This document shows positions 13,723-27,231 of a stretch of DNA of 64,000 nucleotides, piece after piece (position 1 is the stretch's first letter; every line of letters begins with the position of its first letter). This DNA is from Camelus ferus (Eukaryota), in contig NC_045696.1 of the NCBI RefSeq assembly GCF_009834535.1, positions 79,920,001 to 79,984,000 on the forward strand. The letters are read 5' to 3'. A program made the position numbers and the translations under genes. Below the pieces are notes generated by a model. That model saw only the letters and a list, made by a program, of their open reading frames with translations. It did not search any database and was not told the origin of the DNA.

Positions 13723-14268
13723 TTCTGGTCATTAAGATTGGAGGGCGTTTTAGAAGCATTTTCATGATACAAATTATTTCTAAGTCTAATTACAGAAGTC
13801 AGTACATTTATCATTTTAAATTTCCTTCAACTGTAGGAGGGGTGGCAACTAAAGTAACTAGCCTTATATCTTCATTCTTACGTAGTAATTTTTCTCTTTC
13901 CTTTCCTATAACATTATTTCCTTAAATCTTAAACTGTGGACAGAAAAAATCAAATTCTCTCAAAAAGACTCACACAGAAAGATACTAAGCCCATAAGCTG
14001 GTCCTGAATTTCTTACTATTTTTATGGGGAAAGAGGACCACATAATCTAGCCATATTTTATTGCTATTCTTTGTGTATGTTTATATTTAAGAAATATGAA
14101 CTTGATATATCATATATTTCATCTTTTGAGCACATACTTTTACTTTGTATCTTTAATTTTTGTATTTATCATTTTTTTCAAGTATAATACTTAAAGTCTA
14201 GGGAGAAAACAATACCCTGAAAACAATAAAATGATAAATTCTTTAGTTCTTTTTCTGTCATATTTCAG

Positions 14269-14415
14269 ATCTTCAAGGATTCCACATGTTGCCTCAGACA
14301 GTTGACTGGTCATCTTTTCCTCCCCAACAATATCTCTTGACTCTTGGGTTCAAAAGCAAAGAAGATGGGAAATTTTTGGAAAAAGTATCAAGTAGGAAGT
14401 TACCAACATTCACAG
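14269..14415 (+). CDS. Internal coding exon, unidentified gene: (D)LQGFHMLPQTVDWSSFPPQQYLLTLGFKSKEDGKFLEKVSSRKLPTFT
   Basis: Acceptor ttctttttctgtcatatttcag|, donor CAG|gtaaat, 147 nt, phase 1-1, no stops. Confidence 0.85.
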
Positions 14416-15470
14416 GTAAATCACCTGGACTTACTATCTGTCACTTCTGTTATAAGGCAGGGGTTGCACATTATTCATCAAGTCTTATTCATCACAAGGC
14501 CTAGCATATAGTAGGGCCTTTGTGCCAAAAAATGTTTGTTGGATCATACGTAAGTCCTTCCGATCTTATTTGTGGGTTAGTTAACAATACCTGGAATTCT
14601 GGTTCCCCCAAGACCAAGCATAATCCCAGAGTGCCCACCTCCATCATCCCAACCCTCTCACCCCAGCCACACTATCACCAATGCCTAGTCACAGGGCACT
14701 TAAAGAACACAACCTTTTGTCATTAGCAATTAGCAACCGTACAAGAAAATTATGCAACAAAACAATTATATGAAATCAAAAATATAGCCAACAACAACGT
14801 TCAATCATTTGGATTATCTGCCATTGTATTAATACCTGGTCTACTCTTTTCTTATGTAGCTCACCAAGCTCTTAGATCTCCTGAAGAGTATTATAGTAAA
14901 TGGTGCTCAGTAAGTCCATTGAAATTTTCAAAAATCAAGAAAATTTTCACGTAGAGTGAAAGTCTCAGACTCGTGGGCTGAATTCATGCCCAGGTTGAAT
15001 TTACTTCTTCCGCTCTACCCACATAATTAGGGATTTGTGTTTTGTCTGGTACTCTATCCTCAGAGGCTTATCTCAACTTCGAGCTACATTCAAAGTCAGT
15101 GGGATATGCACACTTGAATAATACCTGGGAGGAACAAGACAAGAATCAGACACATTTATGACAACCTTTTTTCACAACTCAGGAAAAACATACTCTGCAG
15201 AGAGAGGTGAATTGTTATAGGCTGTCTCATAGATAGCTCAATCAGGAAACACAACAACATGAATAAATGATTGTCTCTAAAGGGCAATGTCTCCTCATAG
15301 ATCTTTCATTATTATACTTGTGGTCTTTGAGATGGGAGTCTAGTTTCTATACTATAGATTTCATATCTATTAATATTGAGATATCGCTTTATAGCTTGCT
15401 AAAGAAAAGCATTCTGAAATGGAAGTCTGGGGAAAAAAATTGTATAAAAGTTTATTGTTACAATTTTTAG

Positions 15471-15583
15471 AACATAAAACTCCCTTCGGTCTGCTAACCA
15501 GAGAAGACACAGTGAGACACATGGAGACAATGGGGAAGCGAATTTTGCCAATATTGGATTTTATCAGAAGCACCCAATTGAAT
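15471..15583 (+). CDS. Internal coding exon: (E)HKTPFGLLTREDTVRHMETMGKRILPILDFIRSTQLN
   Basis: Acceptor caatttttag|, phase 1 matches previous exon; donor AAT|gtaggt (alternative donor after 15587). Confidence 0.85.
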
Positions 15584-16599
15584 GTAGGTATATGAGTCTT
15601 TTATATCTGTTCAGCATATAAATATGAGACAATTCTAGAAGTATGGAAAGTTGAATGTACAAATATTGCAAGTGTAGGAGGATTTTAGAAACTTTCGCAG
15701 TAAATCTCATTTGCAAAACCAAGCAAAGTTTAGCAAATGATTGTATTCCTTTTTTATTTTAAAACATATTAATTACAATGCTACACTTTGCAATTTCCAG
15801 CATTTATTAAGCTAATACCTCTTTAAAGAGCCCTTTCTTTGTGCCTTCTTGATATCTAATTGAAGGTTGAATTGAATTTTTCACTTCAAATCAATAACAA
15901 AATTTTAGTAAACACAGTGTTTTCCCTATTTCATGTATTGGGCTATTGCATATAATCATTTCATTACCTGCACAAGAATTCAGAGCTTTTCAAGTTAATT
16001 CCTTCACACCATATTGATAAATTGGACACTACTCTAAAAACTGGCAATTGATCTTCATATACTCTTAAGGTAAATTATCTAATCTCTTTCTCTGACTCAG
16101 GGGAAATATGCCCTTCCTACTTTTCAGTCTTAAAAAGCCCCAAATAAGACCTGAATTACACTGTGCTATTTTACAAAATTTAAGTCATTGTACTGAAAGT
16201 ACATAAAGGGAACTTCTCATTAACAGGCTATAAAGGCTGAAGTTTCCCCTTTTAAAATATTTTTCAAAAGGCCTTTAAGCTGGAAATTTCAAAGAATTTT
16301 CTTTTTGTGGCTTTTGTATTACATCATTGATTTGATGTTCTTACCTTACAAGGGGAACCAAGGGGGTCATCACAAACAGCTACTTAACATCTGTTCAGCA
16401 GTTTATCCGCTCAGTAGCATTATTCAGCATTTTAGAAAGGCTATAAAACCCCTAATCTATTTGCCTGATTTGTAATTCTAGGCACTACAAATCCAAAAGC
16501 ACATTTTACTGATTTTCCTACCACATAACTTTCCCTTCCCCACAACTGTGCTCTACTCAATTATCTCCCCTATATTTCTAGTAATAATAAATCCACCTC

Positions 16600-17165
16600 T
16601 ACCTTAGTCATCTGGGGCTGTCATTACAAGATACCATAGACTAGATGACTTAAACAACAGAAATGTATTTTCTCCCAGTTCTAGAAGTGAAAAGTCTGAG
16701 ATCAGGGTGCCAATGTGGTCAGGTTCTGACAAAGATCCTCTTCCTGACTTGCAACTGGCCACCTTCTCTCTGTGTCCTGACATGGCAGAGAGCAAGCTCT
16801 CCAGTGTCTCTTCTTGTAAGATCACTAATTCCATCATGAGGGCCCCACCCTCATGACCTCATCTAACCCTAATTACCTCCCAAAGCCCCCACCTCCAAAT
16901 ACACCCCTTTTTTTTTCTCTTTAAAACCATATATTTACAAACCTTAATTCAGCAAAGGTCTGTGTGAGAAGATGAGGGAAGGACACCCCCCCTAGAGTGG
17001 ATGTGGACCCCCCAAAGTCAGGGGAGGGAAGCTGGTGGCCCAGCCAGCCAGCGCTAGGGCCCAAGGTCACCTCAGGCTGACAGGAGGGCAGAGGCAGAGC
17101 TTATCCATATGCTGTTAGATTCAACATACGAATTTTGGGTGGACACAAACATCTGGTTTATAGCA
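16600..17165 (-). mobile_element. MLT1A-like MaLR solo LTR interrupted at 16908-17114
   Basis: cttaaacaacagaaatgtattttctcccagttctagaag, cctcatgacctcatctaaccctaattacctcc, ends ggacacaaacatctggtttatagca; 5-bp TSD acctc/gcctc. Confidence 0.8.
16908..17114 (-). pseudogene. Short retroposed poly(A)+ fragment, probably an mRNA 3' end; parent unknown
   Basis: GC-rich non-LTR insert starting with T9; reverse strand ends TTTGTAAATATATGGTTTTAAAGAG-A9. Confidence 0.6.
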
Positions 17166-17234
17166 GCCTCACTGACTCTCCTGCAAATTTAGGATCCTGT
17201 TCTTCAATTAACCCTCTATCACAACCTTCTAAGA

Positions 17235-17259
17235 CACACACACACACACACACACACAC
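17235..17259. repeat. (CA)n microsatellite
   Basis: Directly visible. Confidence 0.9.
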
Positions 17260-20200
17260 CATCCTAATTAGAGATCCACACATATCATTACTGTCATATT
17301 CAGACCCTTGCAAGCAGTGGAAGCCTTGTAAACAAGAACTATCACCATGCAGTATTATTTCACCTCATCTGCACACGGTCAACCTTGCAGTCCCAGTGTG
17401 CTGGGTGTTGTGGAAGTGATCTGTCTGTTTCCTGGCTCTTTGGGGAGATATCTGCCATACCTTGCTAGTTGTCAGGAGACCGACCACATCATCATCTGTG
17501 GCCAACTCAGATCTCCCCGTGTTGTGAATGCGGGTTAGGCCTATCTCGGCATCACACACTTTTTAAATGCTCTTAACTCATTTTCTTCTCACGTTTCAAG
17601 GGGCATTCTGGCCACTCAGAAATGTGTATATGCATGTATCTGTGTGTCTATAAAGGGGATTTGAAAACCATAATTAACAAGCTTCTTAGCATCTAATGAA
17701 TAACTCAGTCTTCTTTAGAGTAAGTCACTACCACTTTGCTAACTGCAAGGAAATTCATCAACTTTCTTAATGTTTGCTTCTAAGGGAAATAACAGTTTTT
17801 AGAAGACTGTCTCAAAGAGCTTTAATGAAATTGAAGCGAGTGAGCCCAAAGGTACCCAGGGACCACAAGTATGTCCAAATATTGGCTTCTAGATTTCTTA
17901 TTAGATGCCCAAACACGGCTTCATAAAGCAGGGCTGAATAAAATTGGCTGCAAAGGTAACCTAGCTTAATGAAGCAAGTAATGAGTCAGTGAGCAGAAAT
18001 TATCCCCCCATGGTACCATTAACTGTGACCCAGGAATCCCTCAACAGTGTTTCCAGGATCCCCGGAGGTGTGTTTTCTCTTGTCAGATGTGAAATGCCAC
18101 CCACCTGAGTGCAAGGCATCACAGTGTCCTTATTAGTTGTTACCCTAGCTCATGACACCTGTAGATAAAGCCTTTTGTGCAAGGCTGTGCTCTGGCTGTG
18201 TAACCCTAGGAGAAGTCACTTTACCTATGAGCGTTTTTTTCTCATTTTTAAGCAGGCTGGTATCTGCCAGGCCCACCTCACAGTGTTGTTGTGAGACCAA
18301 AAGTATATAATCCATGTTGAAGCACCTCGTAAAGTTTTAGGGATTTTAGAAGTTTTATTTGTATTTGTTTCAGTTTGTTTTGACAAAACTGTTTTCTGGA
18401 CCTTTTTCTTTATAAAAGCTGTGTACTTTGAAATTACATATTTCTTCTAAAATGAAGACTGTGCAAATATCCTGTGGACGTCTAATTCTTTTGTTTATGT
18501 CACTGATGTGCTCAGAGCTACTCACAAAGGCAGGATTAGAGGTGTCATTTCCAGACATGGACTTGATCTACTGCCCACAGTAGGGATTCCCTGGGAACGT
18601 CAATTTTCACCTCTCACCATGGGGGTGGTGGGGCAGAGAGAGTTGGTGAAGGAGACAAGGACATTCCCAGTACGAGGGAGGTTTCTACATCTCAGGCAGT
18701 GATTCTCCTTACATTCTGACGCCAGCTTCCTTACGTTTAGAGACTCCTTTGCTGGGCATACCACACATGACCAAACAAGGATGATACTGGCACTTTAAGA
18801 GTTGTTATCTAAAATACTCCCCCACCCTTCCTACCCAGTGGCTTTTAATCTCACTGAACATCAACCCAAGTCAACCAGTAGCTCTGCTCTAATGGTATTT
18901 TCCCTCCTCTGATTTTTGTCCTAATTATTTCACATGCTACCAAATGCTACTGTGCTTTTCCATTCATTAACTTTATTGGCTGCTGTCAGTTTAAAACCTT
19001 ATGTGCTGTGCTTCCTGGGGTAAATGTTAAAGAGTTAAAATAATAAAATCTCTTGCCATGCATGAAGCTGCCTTCACAGGCTGACTTGCCAAAAAAATGC
19101 CCTAACTGACCATGTTTGGAATACCTCGTTAATTTAACTTTTAATTTCCTCCAAATGAAGCATAAAAAATGTTTACATACGCACATTTGGAATGAACAAT
19201 AATATGTGTTTCCTACCCCTTTTCTTTGCAATTAATGTTTCTAATATGTTATATCAATTGGAAATGCACTCCAAATACTTGGACTCTGCTTTTCAGCAGT
19301 ACGAGATTGTGCAACTTACTTGCCAAACATTTATCAGTACCTGCTATGAAATCTGGACAATTCTCTGGCTGAAGCCTTCATGTGAACTTGCTATTTACCT
19401 AACCTTCACTGTACCTGTGTGAGGTCTTAGCTTCTGTCTTGGCCATTTTACTACACCCTCCCCAGCAGCTCAGGAGCCCTGTGACCACGCCTGACGTCTC
19501 CATGAGAGGGCTACTTCCCTTTAGATTTAGCCCTTACTAGCACTCGATGTAAGCTAATTCGTTCATTTTTCATTACTTCCATAAAGCAAGAGCATTAAAG
19601 CACTCCTGCTGGCGTTTGTTCATCTTTATTTCTTTTTCACTTTATCTCTCAAAAACCGCCAGCTTGTATACGTAAAATATTAATCTACAGTTTCCTGATA
19701 ACCAAAAACTGCTGTTGGCTTGGGGCAGAGGATGTGGGGAGGAGGCGGGGTGACTATTAGCAGTCAGTTAGATTCTTTCCCTAGTCACCCTATCCACGTG
19801 GAGCACTTCCTGTTTTGTTATGCATCCAACAATCAAGCTAACAAAGCACCATCGCCTTCCATTATTTTTATTTTCCTGATGTTTTGGGAAATTACACTGA
19901 TGGACTATGTTCCCGAGCAGGCTGCAGCCGTTTCTGCTCTTTGGAGTTGAGTCACTGCACCATTTTCCTACAACGAGCCCCATTGTTTATTTTAAAGAAG
20001 GACAAAGAAAGCAATTTTTCTTCAGAAAGAAAACTGTTTCTCCTGCAACTTGCTTTCCTCTCTTTGACAGGATCCCACTGTTTAGCTACATGTTTAAACT
20101 AAATGGGAAGGCTGGCTATTCTGTCGATTCAGAAAATGGATCCCCAAATCCACAATTTGCAATCATTGCTCCTATCGGTTTACAGGTTTTCAGATAAATG

Positions 20201-21757
20201 ATTAATCGAAAAGAACAAATCAGCAAGCAGGGATAGAGAAATGACACTAGCCAAATGGCACAGATACACATTAGAGAGAAGTACAGCAAATACGATGCAA
20301 CAGTGCTCAACCTTCCTTTATTACCAAGGTTCTAAGAGTGTCAACTTCTAGAGACTGGTGTCAATCAAGATATGCAGATGACATTTCAGAAAGAATTGCC
20401 TTCTAAATTTAAGTTAAAAATCAGATGTTCTTTAGTAATGCTAGTTTCTAATAATTTTTCTCTTTAGAAGAGGTTCTATTTTAAGAAAGAAAAATTATGT
20501 CTGCCTTCTCTAATTTCTGGGAAAAAATCTGCTTTGTAAGTATGCACAAACTAAAATAGTCCTTGCCAGATACTAAGCTTTAAGGTAGTGGTTTGTCCTC
20601 CAAATTCGGTTTAAGATGTTTGAATATTTTGGGGGGCACCTAGCTAACATTCACATTTCTAGGGCCACATACCAAGAGATTATGACTCACTGAGTAAGGT
20701 CCAGGACTCTTCCTGGTTAACAGACAAGCCTAATGATTCTGGTGCAGGTAGTCCAGGAGGAACCCCACCATAAGGGGATGTTGTTCATCCAGCCTTCTGC
20801 TTCTGAGCACCAAGATTGGGAATGAACGCAATCGCCAAACTAAATCCTCCTGTGACTTACCATTTCCCATCATTCTCCAAACATGACAGAAACCCAAAGC
20901 TGTTCTTATGTCAGAAGGACTTTTTCCTAAATAGAAATGTAAGACTTTTATGATAAACTTTGTCTTTCCTAGGAAGCAGTATGATTTGGATTAAACTTTT
21001 TAGAGAAGGTAATGTGTTCTCTTTCATGGCTGGCACTAGCAGACACATAGGTGAGCCACCTTGATTATAAGTGTGCCCCATTTTAAGAAAGCCCAAAATA
21101 CTAGCAGATTCACAGGGGTTGGTGGTCCTTACAAGCACACAACAGTCTACTTCAAGATGGATCGTGTCAGTTGCTGAGATGGTCCTAGGAGCCAGAATAA
21201 AGCACTACAATACTACAAGGAGAGGAACCAGAGTCCACGGCCATCCAATGAGAACTAAAGATAAAAGCAGAGCTGCAGGTTTAATGTAAGCCATGAGGGC
21301 AGACAGAATTCAATTTGTATAATGTTTTTCAGATTCAAGTTGCATAAAAATCTTCCTTTAAATCAACAAGACAACAGACAACTCTTAACTCTTAGGATGC
21401 CTTGATGACATAGATAATGTCTTCTACATGGACACAGCTCTGTGGGCTCCCCACTGGAAGAGTCGAGCTCAGGTTCAATTTCAGTCCTCTTTTCCTCTCA
21501 TCCCAGATTCCTTATGCAGGGCCACCTGCAAACTCTTCTCAACAGTCCTGCAAAGTGTTCCCTTTTATATACATTTTTCTGTTTGAAGGAAGGGCACAGA
21601 CAATTCTCTAAAATGATAGCAGGAAAACATTTATTTGCACTAGTTACCATTACTCCAAAGGAGCTAAACATATTACAACAAGCCCTGACTTCAATCCCCG
21701 GGGAGATGATATTTCTGTGGTTTTATTCTAAAACATTTCCTTCTACTGGGAGACTAG

Positions 21758-21922
21758 AGCAGTCTTCGTGCGTGCTCAGGTGTGATGGAGAAGTTGCAAT
21801 ACGCCAGCCTCCTCAGCCAGCTGCAGAGAGTAAAGGAGCAATCCCAGGTGATCAATCAAGCAATGGCGGAGCTAGCAACCATCCCCTATCTACAGGACAT
21901 CAGTCAACAGGAGGCAGAATTG
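21758..21922 (+). CDS. Internal coding exon: SSLRACSGVMEKLQYASLLSQLQRVKEQSQVINQAMAELATIPYLQDISQQEAEL (5' boundary 21758 or 21780)
   Basis: Helical-looking open frame with retained CpGs; donor TTG|gtgagc in phase 0 matches exon 24463; acceptor ambiguous. Confidence 0.8.
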
Positions 21923-24462
21923 GTGAGCATTTGTTTTTCTTTGTTTAAGGCTTTCACAGGCCCTGAGCCAACAGAAGAGTGATATGGTCTGAAAAAGAAT
22001 GTGATAATAAACGTAGTCCCAGGGCAAACTCTTCAAGCCTCGTGAAGCATTCTAATGGAGAAACTGGAAAATATAGAAAGGTGTGTGTGTGTGTTTTATT
22101 TGCTCACCCTGACTAGTTTCCATTTTTTAGAGCAAGACATTTGTGATGTATGAAAATATGGAAAAGGGCTGATTATTCATATTCTGAGTCGGGCTTTTTG
22201 TTTCAAGTAAAGTGAAATTTTAATAAATCGTTTTTTTAACTTGAAGATATATTAATGTATGATTCTCTTCAATGGAAAAGTAAGAGGAAAAAAAGAGTAA
22301 TTGCTGGATAGAAAACTGACCTTACAAAATTGTGTTTAGTGTTTTCTTATTCGCTTCTAGTGTTACAGATATGTTGGTAATGCCAAAACACACACACTAG
22401 TACATTTAGATAAGAGAGTGGTTTTATTTGAGGGGAAATGTAGTCCGTCAAAGAGTGTTTTGTTTTTTTTTTTAACTGTATTGATTAGTTAACTCAGGAA
22501 AGACAGAAAAAAAAATCTTCAAATAAATGTGTGTATTATAACCATAATTAATATTAGAAACAGTAGTACCTCATTTGAAAAACAATTACTAATCAGTGTA
22601 CTGGCCATTCAAGGAAGGGTAAAATTTACTCCATATAAAGATCTTGATGTGTTATTAGGAAGGGCTCTTTAATTTGAGGCTCTAATTGAAGGTAGCTAAA
22701 ACTAATTATAGACCTGAATTGAATTCATGCAGCAAGGATGAGAACAGCCAAAACTGATCACCTGTAATTTTAAGATAACTAAAGGAACCCGCCCTCTTTG
22801 AACTTTAAAAGCTGTAACAAATTAATTAAGAAATGGACTGCCAACATTTATAATGTTCATCTGAACCTACAAAAGTGTATTAAATAAATAGTGATATTAA
22901 AAAATTAACGTGTAAAACTGTCAGAGTAACCAAATAATAAAACTATGCATACTAAACATTAAAGCTATGAAAAAAAAGTCTATTAATCATGGAATTACTA
23001 AGTCAAAGCTAGCAATAGTACTTTCTAAACCTGTATGGTTGTGTGCACAGAATGCTTTCTAAAAGGCTAAGTGTTTATCCTACCATTCATAGGTATTCAA
23101 GAGTACAGTAAGTGTGGAGCTTTCAAAGTGCATATTATAGACAATTTTAGATGATTAATGCTCCTCTGAGATAAGAGGAAGCAAAGAAAATGTTAATTTA
23201 AGAAGCTGGCATAATGTTGATCCTGTCTTTCTGAAAAGCACATTCAAGATTTAAACGAAAAATACAGGGGAGTTTTCTGCACTTAAGGTCTTCTTAACCA
23301 CACATCTGTGGCTTTCTTTTTTCTGGAAATACTTATATTTCTAAATATACAAAAAGAACACCAAACTAGCATCACTGACATCCCTTACTAACGTGTTAGT
23401 ACAATATGCCACTACAAAACCTTGGAAAATAGGATTTCCTGGGATATTTTCATAATTTATACACCTACTAAAAAAAAAAAGCATATATGGATGTATACAT
23501 GCAGACCAAATATTTAAAAATCATGTATCTTGCAAAATCTCATCGCCTTAAGTAATAGATTTTACTTTCCAACTTCCAAGCAGGGGTTAACTAGATAATA
23601 AATCCTCAAGACACCTTTTATGATGCTGTATCAACAGTGACTGCTCAATAGAAGAGTTTTGAGTGACTCAACTCTCTGCCCTTCTGCTTAAGCTGTGCAA
23701 TATCTAAAGTACAGAAAGATTATCTAAGAGTTCATGACGTTTGACGCCATGGTGAACCGAAATGACGTTTGTCTTTTTTTTTAAGAGAACTTCCTTTTTT
23801 AGCTTTGACTGTCACATGGCTTCCTGTGGCTTCATTACTTCGCAGGCACATATGCAGCATCTGTATAGGATTATTTTAAATTGGAATATGGCAGTTTGGG
23901 GCAAAGAGTGGAATTTTTTAAACTTGCCTTTGAAATGGAACCTAGAAAGAAAAGTTGGTTATTTTGAAATTTTAGTAAAGAAAAGAATAGGAAAAGAACT
24001 TAAATGAGCTAGATCCTTTAAGAGGCAATAAAACAACACAATTTTAGTATGGTCCTCTGGTGAGCTTTTGCAAGATGCCTAGAATTATGATACATTAGCC
24101 TCAGGAGAAAATGCTCAAATGCGTTCATGTACTACATGCCATTTCCTGAGAGAATTAACTACTGCCTTCATTCTTTACAACCCAAATCTGTTTTCACAAA
24201 ACATCAACACTTACTACATTAAAACCTATATGTTTTCTACAAATTTTCAAGAAGAATCTTTCCATTGTTTCAATGTTTTATATCTGCAATAATACTCGGT
24301 AATGACTGAAGCAAAGATGAGGTGGCGGTGTTCATTGTCAGAAAGATGAGTAATAAAATCATCAGCGTACAAATGATTTTTTAATTAGGTTTTAATCTGT
24401 GTATTTAGAGAAGTTATTTCTGTGTGAATTCCACACTGATAATTTTTATCTTGGTGCCACAG

Positions 24463-24546
24463 CTGCAGTCACTAATGGCAGATGCCATGGACACCCTTGA
24501 AGGAAGAAGAAACGATAAAGAACGTGTGTGGAATACAATTCAAAAG
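24463..24546 (+). CDS. Internal coding exon: LQSLMADAMDTLEGRRNDKERVWNTIQK
   Basis: Acceptor tttttatcttggtgccacag|, donor AAG|gtaaaa, 84 nt, phase 0-0. Confidence 0.85.
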
Positions 24547-25369
24547 GTAAAACTTTCAGCTGAAGGAAAGAGAGATATTTTTCTCAAAGAAAATGTCCAC
24601 TTGGGTCAAATGTGTTTAGAAGATCAAAAGAAAAGCAAGCTCTTTGGGTTGTTTTGTTGTTTTCTTTTTAAAATAAACACAGCTCTCTCCCTGGAAGTGT
24701 GGCCAAAATCAAACATGGATTTATGTAATCTGTTCCCTCAGGTCTGCTGCTTTTCTGACTGTGGTCATATAAGTTTATGGGTCTCTTGTCATGCTTATTT
24801 TCATATTCAGGTTTCATTATCTGCTTCTGCATTATTGGTTATTACAGATTTTTTTAAAGCCCTTTCATCAGTGTTTTAGTCTGCTCCCCAGTGTTTTTCC
24901 CCATATTCTGTCGCTTGAAGAATAATGGCTACATTTCAAGGAACTACAAAGAAACTAGCACATTTTGTTTGGGGTGGAGGAGTAACATACCGGTTGTTAG
25001 AAGTAGGGGAGCATCCCTTCATTGGTCACGTGAGTTTAGTAAAACACGCACTGAGATGCACCTGGCCCCAGGTACTCAGATTTGTGTGATGCCACCGGGC
25101 TCTCTGACAGTGTAGGAAGAAGTAATGTTGGGTCTCTAGTCCAGCTAAAGGTGATAAATTCTGATCAATCTACTCCCCACTCAGTCTCCTCCACTGTAAG
25201 AACCCATAAAGGGAGAACTGGTGTCAGGAGATGTGAGGAGAGCAAACCAAAGAAGCCTTCAGTTTAAGAGGTAAAGTCAGCCTTGAGGGATTCTGATGCA
25301 TCTGCAGAAATGTTTGTCTTCTGTAATCAATTCAGAGGCCCTGTGATAAATGTATAGAACAGAAGTCAA

Positions 25370-27190
25370 CTGAACTCAGCAAATATTTGTCAAATATCTA
25401 CTGTGCCTGAAAGAACACTGTGTGTTAAGGATATTGTGCTGTGCTGGGCAAGACAAACACTGCCTCTGCCTATACAGACCTATATGCCATCTAGGAAAGA
25501 AGTCAGTTACTAAACAAACAGCTACTTACAAGTTCACTGAATGTTATATTTAAAAAGTGGATGTTCAAATGACCTATGGGAACAAACAGAGGAATATAAT
25601 CTTGTGTGAGAGGTCAGAAAATCCATCTCTGAGAAAGTGATATTTATAAAACATTTAAAGGACAGTGGTAGTTACCCAGATGGAAAGGGAGATTTCCACA
25701 CAGAGGAAGAGTTTGCACCAAGAATGCAAAGAAAGCATGGCAAATTCAAAAACTGACAAAGGAAGAAGGAACATATTTCAAAATGAAGTGCAGAGGCAGG
25801 AGAAGTCAAATCACAGAAGGATTTATAAATTATGTTAAGGATTCGGAATGTTTCAGAAAGCATTTATCTGGTAAACATTTTTGAGACGTCTGTAGGGTGG
25901 TAGTGGAAGAACAGACGGAGGGGCCACAGAAACATGGGGATTCAGCTATCAGGTGTGGCCTGATCGACAGCGGTGGGTGTAGGGATGGAGAGAAGACAGA
26001 TACGAGAAATATCCAGGAAGCCGACTCTGCAGGCCATATTCACTGATTGCATATGGGAGCTTAGAGAATAGACAAAGTTAGAATGATGCCCAGACACTGG
26101 GCTTGAGCCACTAGGGCAGAAACAGGGAGTGGTCTGCTGGTGCAAAGGAAGGAAGGAAGCACTTCAGAGAAGCAGGTTTTGCCTGAGAACATAAACTCAG
26201 ATTCCAGTCAGAAGGCAAAACCATGCCAGATATTTGAAAGGGAATTTAATATAAAGAATGGGTAACTGGGTATGAAATAGGTAGCTGAAAAAGCAAAGGA
26301 CAACAATAATTTATCACAAAGGAAGCAATTAAAGGAAGCAGCTATCACCCCTTAAGTTTGGGGAATCAAAGAGAAGAGGCTGCAATTACTAAAACTTACA
26401 AAATTGAAGCAGGGACCCAGCTGGGCCAAAACTCAAATCTCCTACTAGGAGGCGCTGTTTAGCTGGTGCTAGTGTCTGAGCCCAGAGGAAGGGTCATGAA
26501 GGACTGAGACCCAGACTTCTGAAGAGGGGGGCAGTAACCCACTGCTGCTGATGGGGAGAGAAGGATGGCTGTTTTAATGGAGGTAATTTGGCAACTTTTG
26601 GAAAAACTAGATTCAACTGCTACTACAGAAAATAATATGTTTCTGGAGCAAAGAAGCTTTGCTGAATAGATGCTCATAGGAACCCCACGCAGACAAGAAG
26701 TCTGCAACAAATAAACAGGAAGTAGCAAGTCTCTCCTTTCTCCTTTGGTTTTGCAATGTCCCTCTATCGCCCCTTATTGACAAAGAGCTGGCAAAACAGA
26801 AATGGAGTTTGCAGACTTTAAACCCCAGCATCGAAGAGCTAATTATAAAAAGGTGGGTTTGGAGTTGAGACAACAGGCTAATTACTGCAGAAAAGTACAT
26901 TGAACTTAGGGTGCTGGCAAGATATCCAAGGGGAAGTACAGGAGTCTGGAGTTCTGGATAAAAGACTGAATAGAGATAGACATTTCTTAGTCATTGGAAA
27001 ATTGGTGGTAACTGAAATCATTTGAATGGGTAACAAGGCTGAGAAAGAACACGGAAAAAGAATAGAAGAGAGCCTTGAGGAGGTCATTTCAAACTTAGGA
27101 GACCTCTACAAAGGGGACTAAGAAGGTATGGCAAGAGGAATTGGAGTGAGAGCCAAACCAAATTCAATGTTCATGAGAGTCAAGCAATGT
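25370..27190. mobile_element. Old L2 fragments with an LTR-like segment at ~26190-26890
   Basis: L2 3' signature (actcagcaaatatttgtcaaatatctactgtgcc) and purine-rich L2 body; highly diverged. Confidence 0.4.
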
Positions 27191-27231
27191 AATTAAACAT
27201 CTCTACTGACTATAGTGATAATTGTTTAGCA

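Noticed and set aside
24424..24879. 151-aa ORF as a single-exon gene
   Set aside because: Only 24463-24546 is splice-bounded; the remainder is intronic read-through
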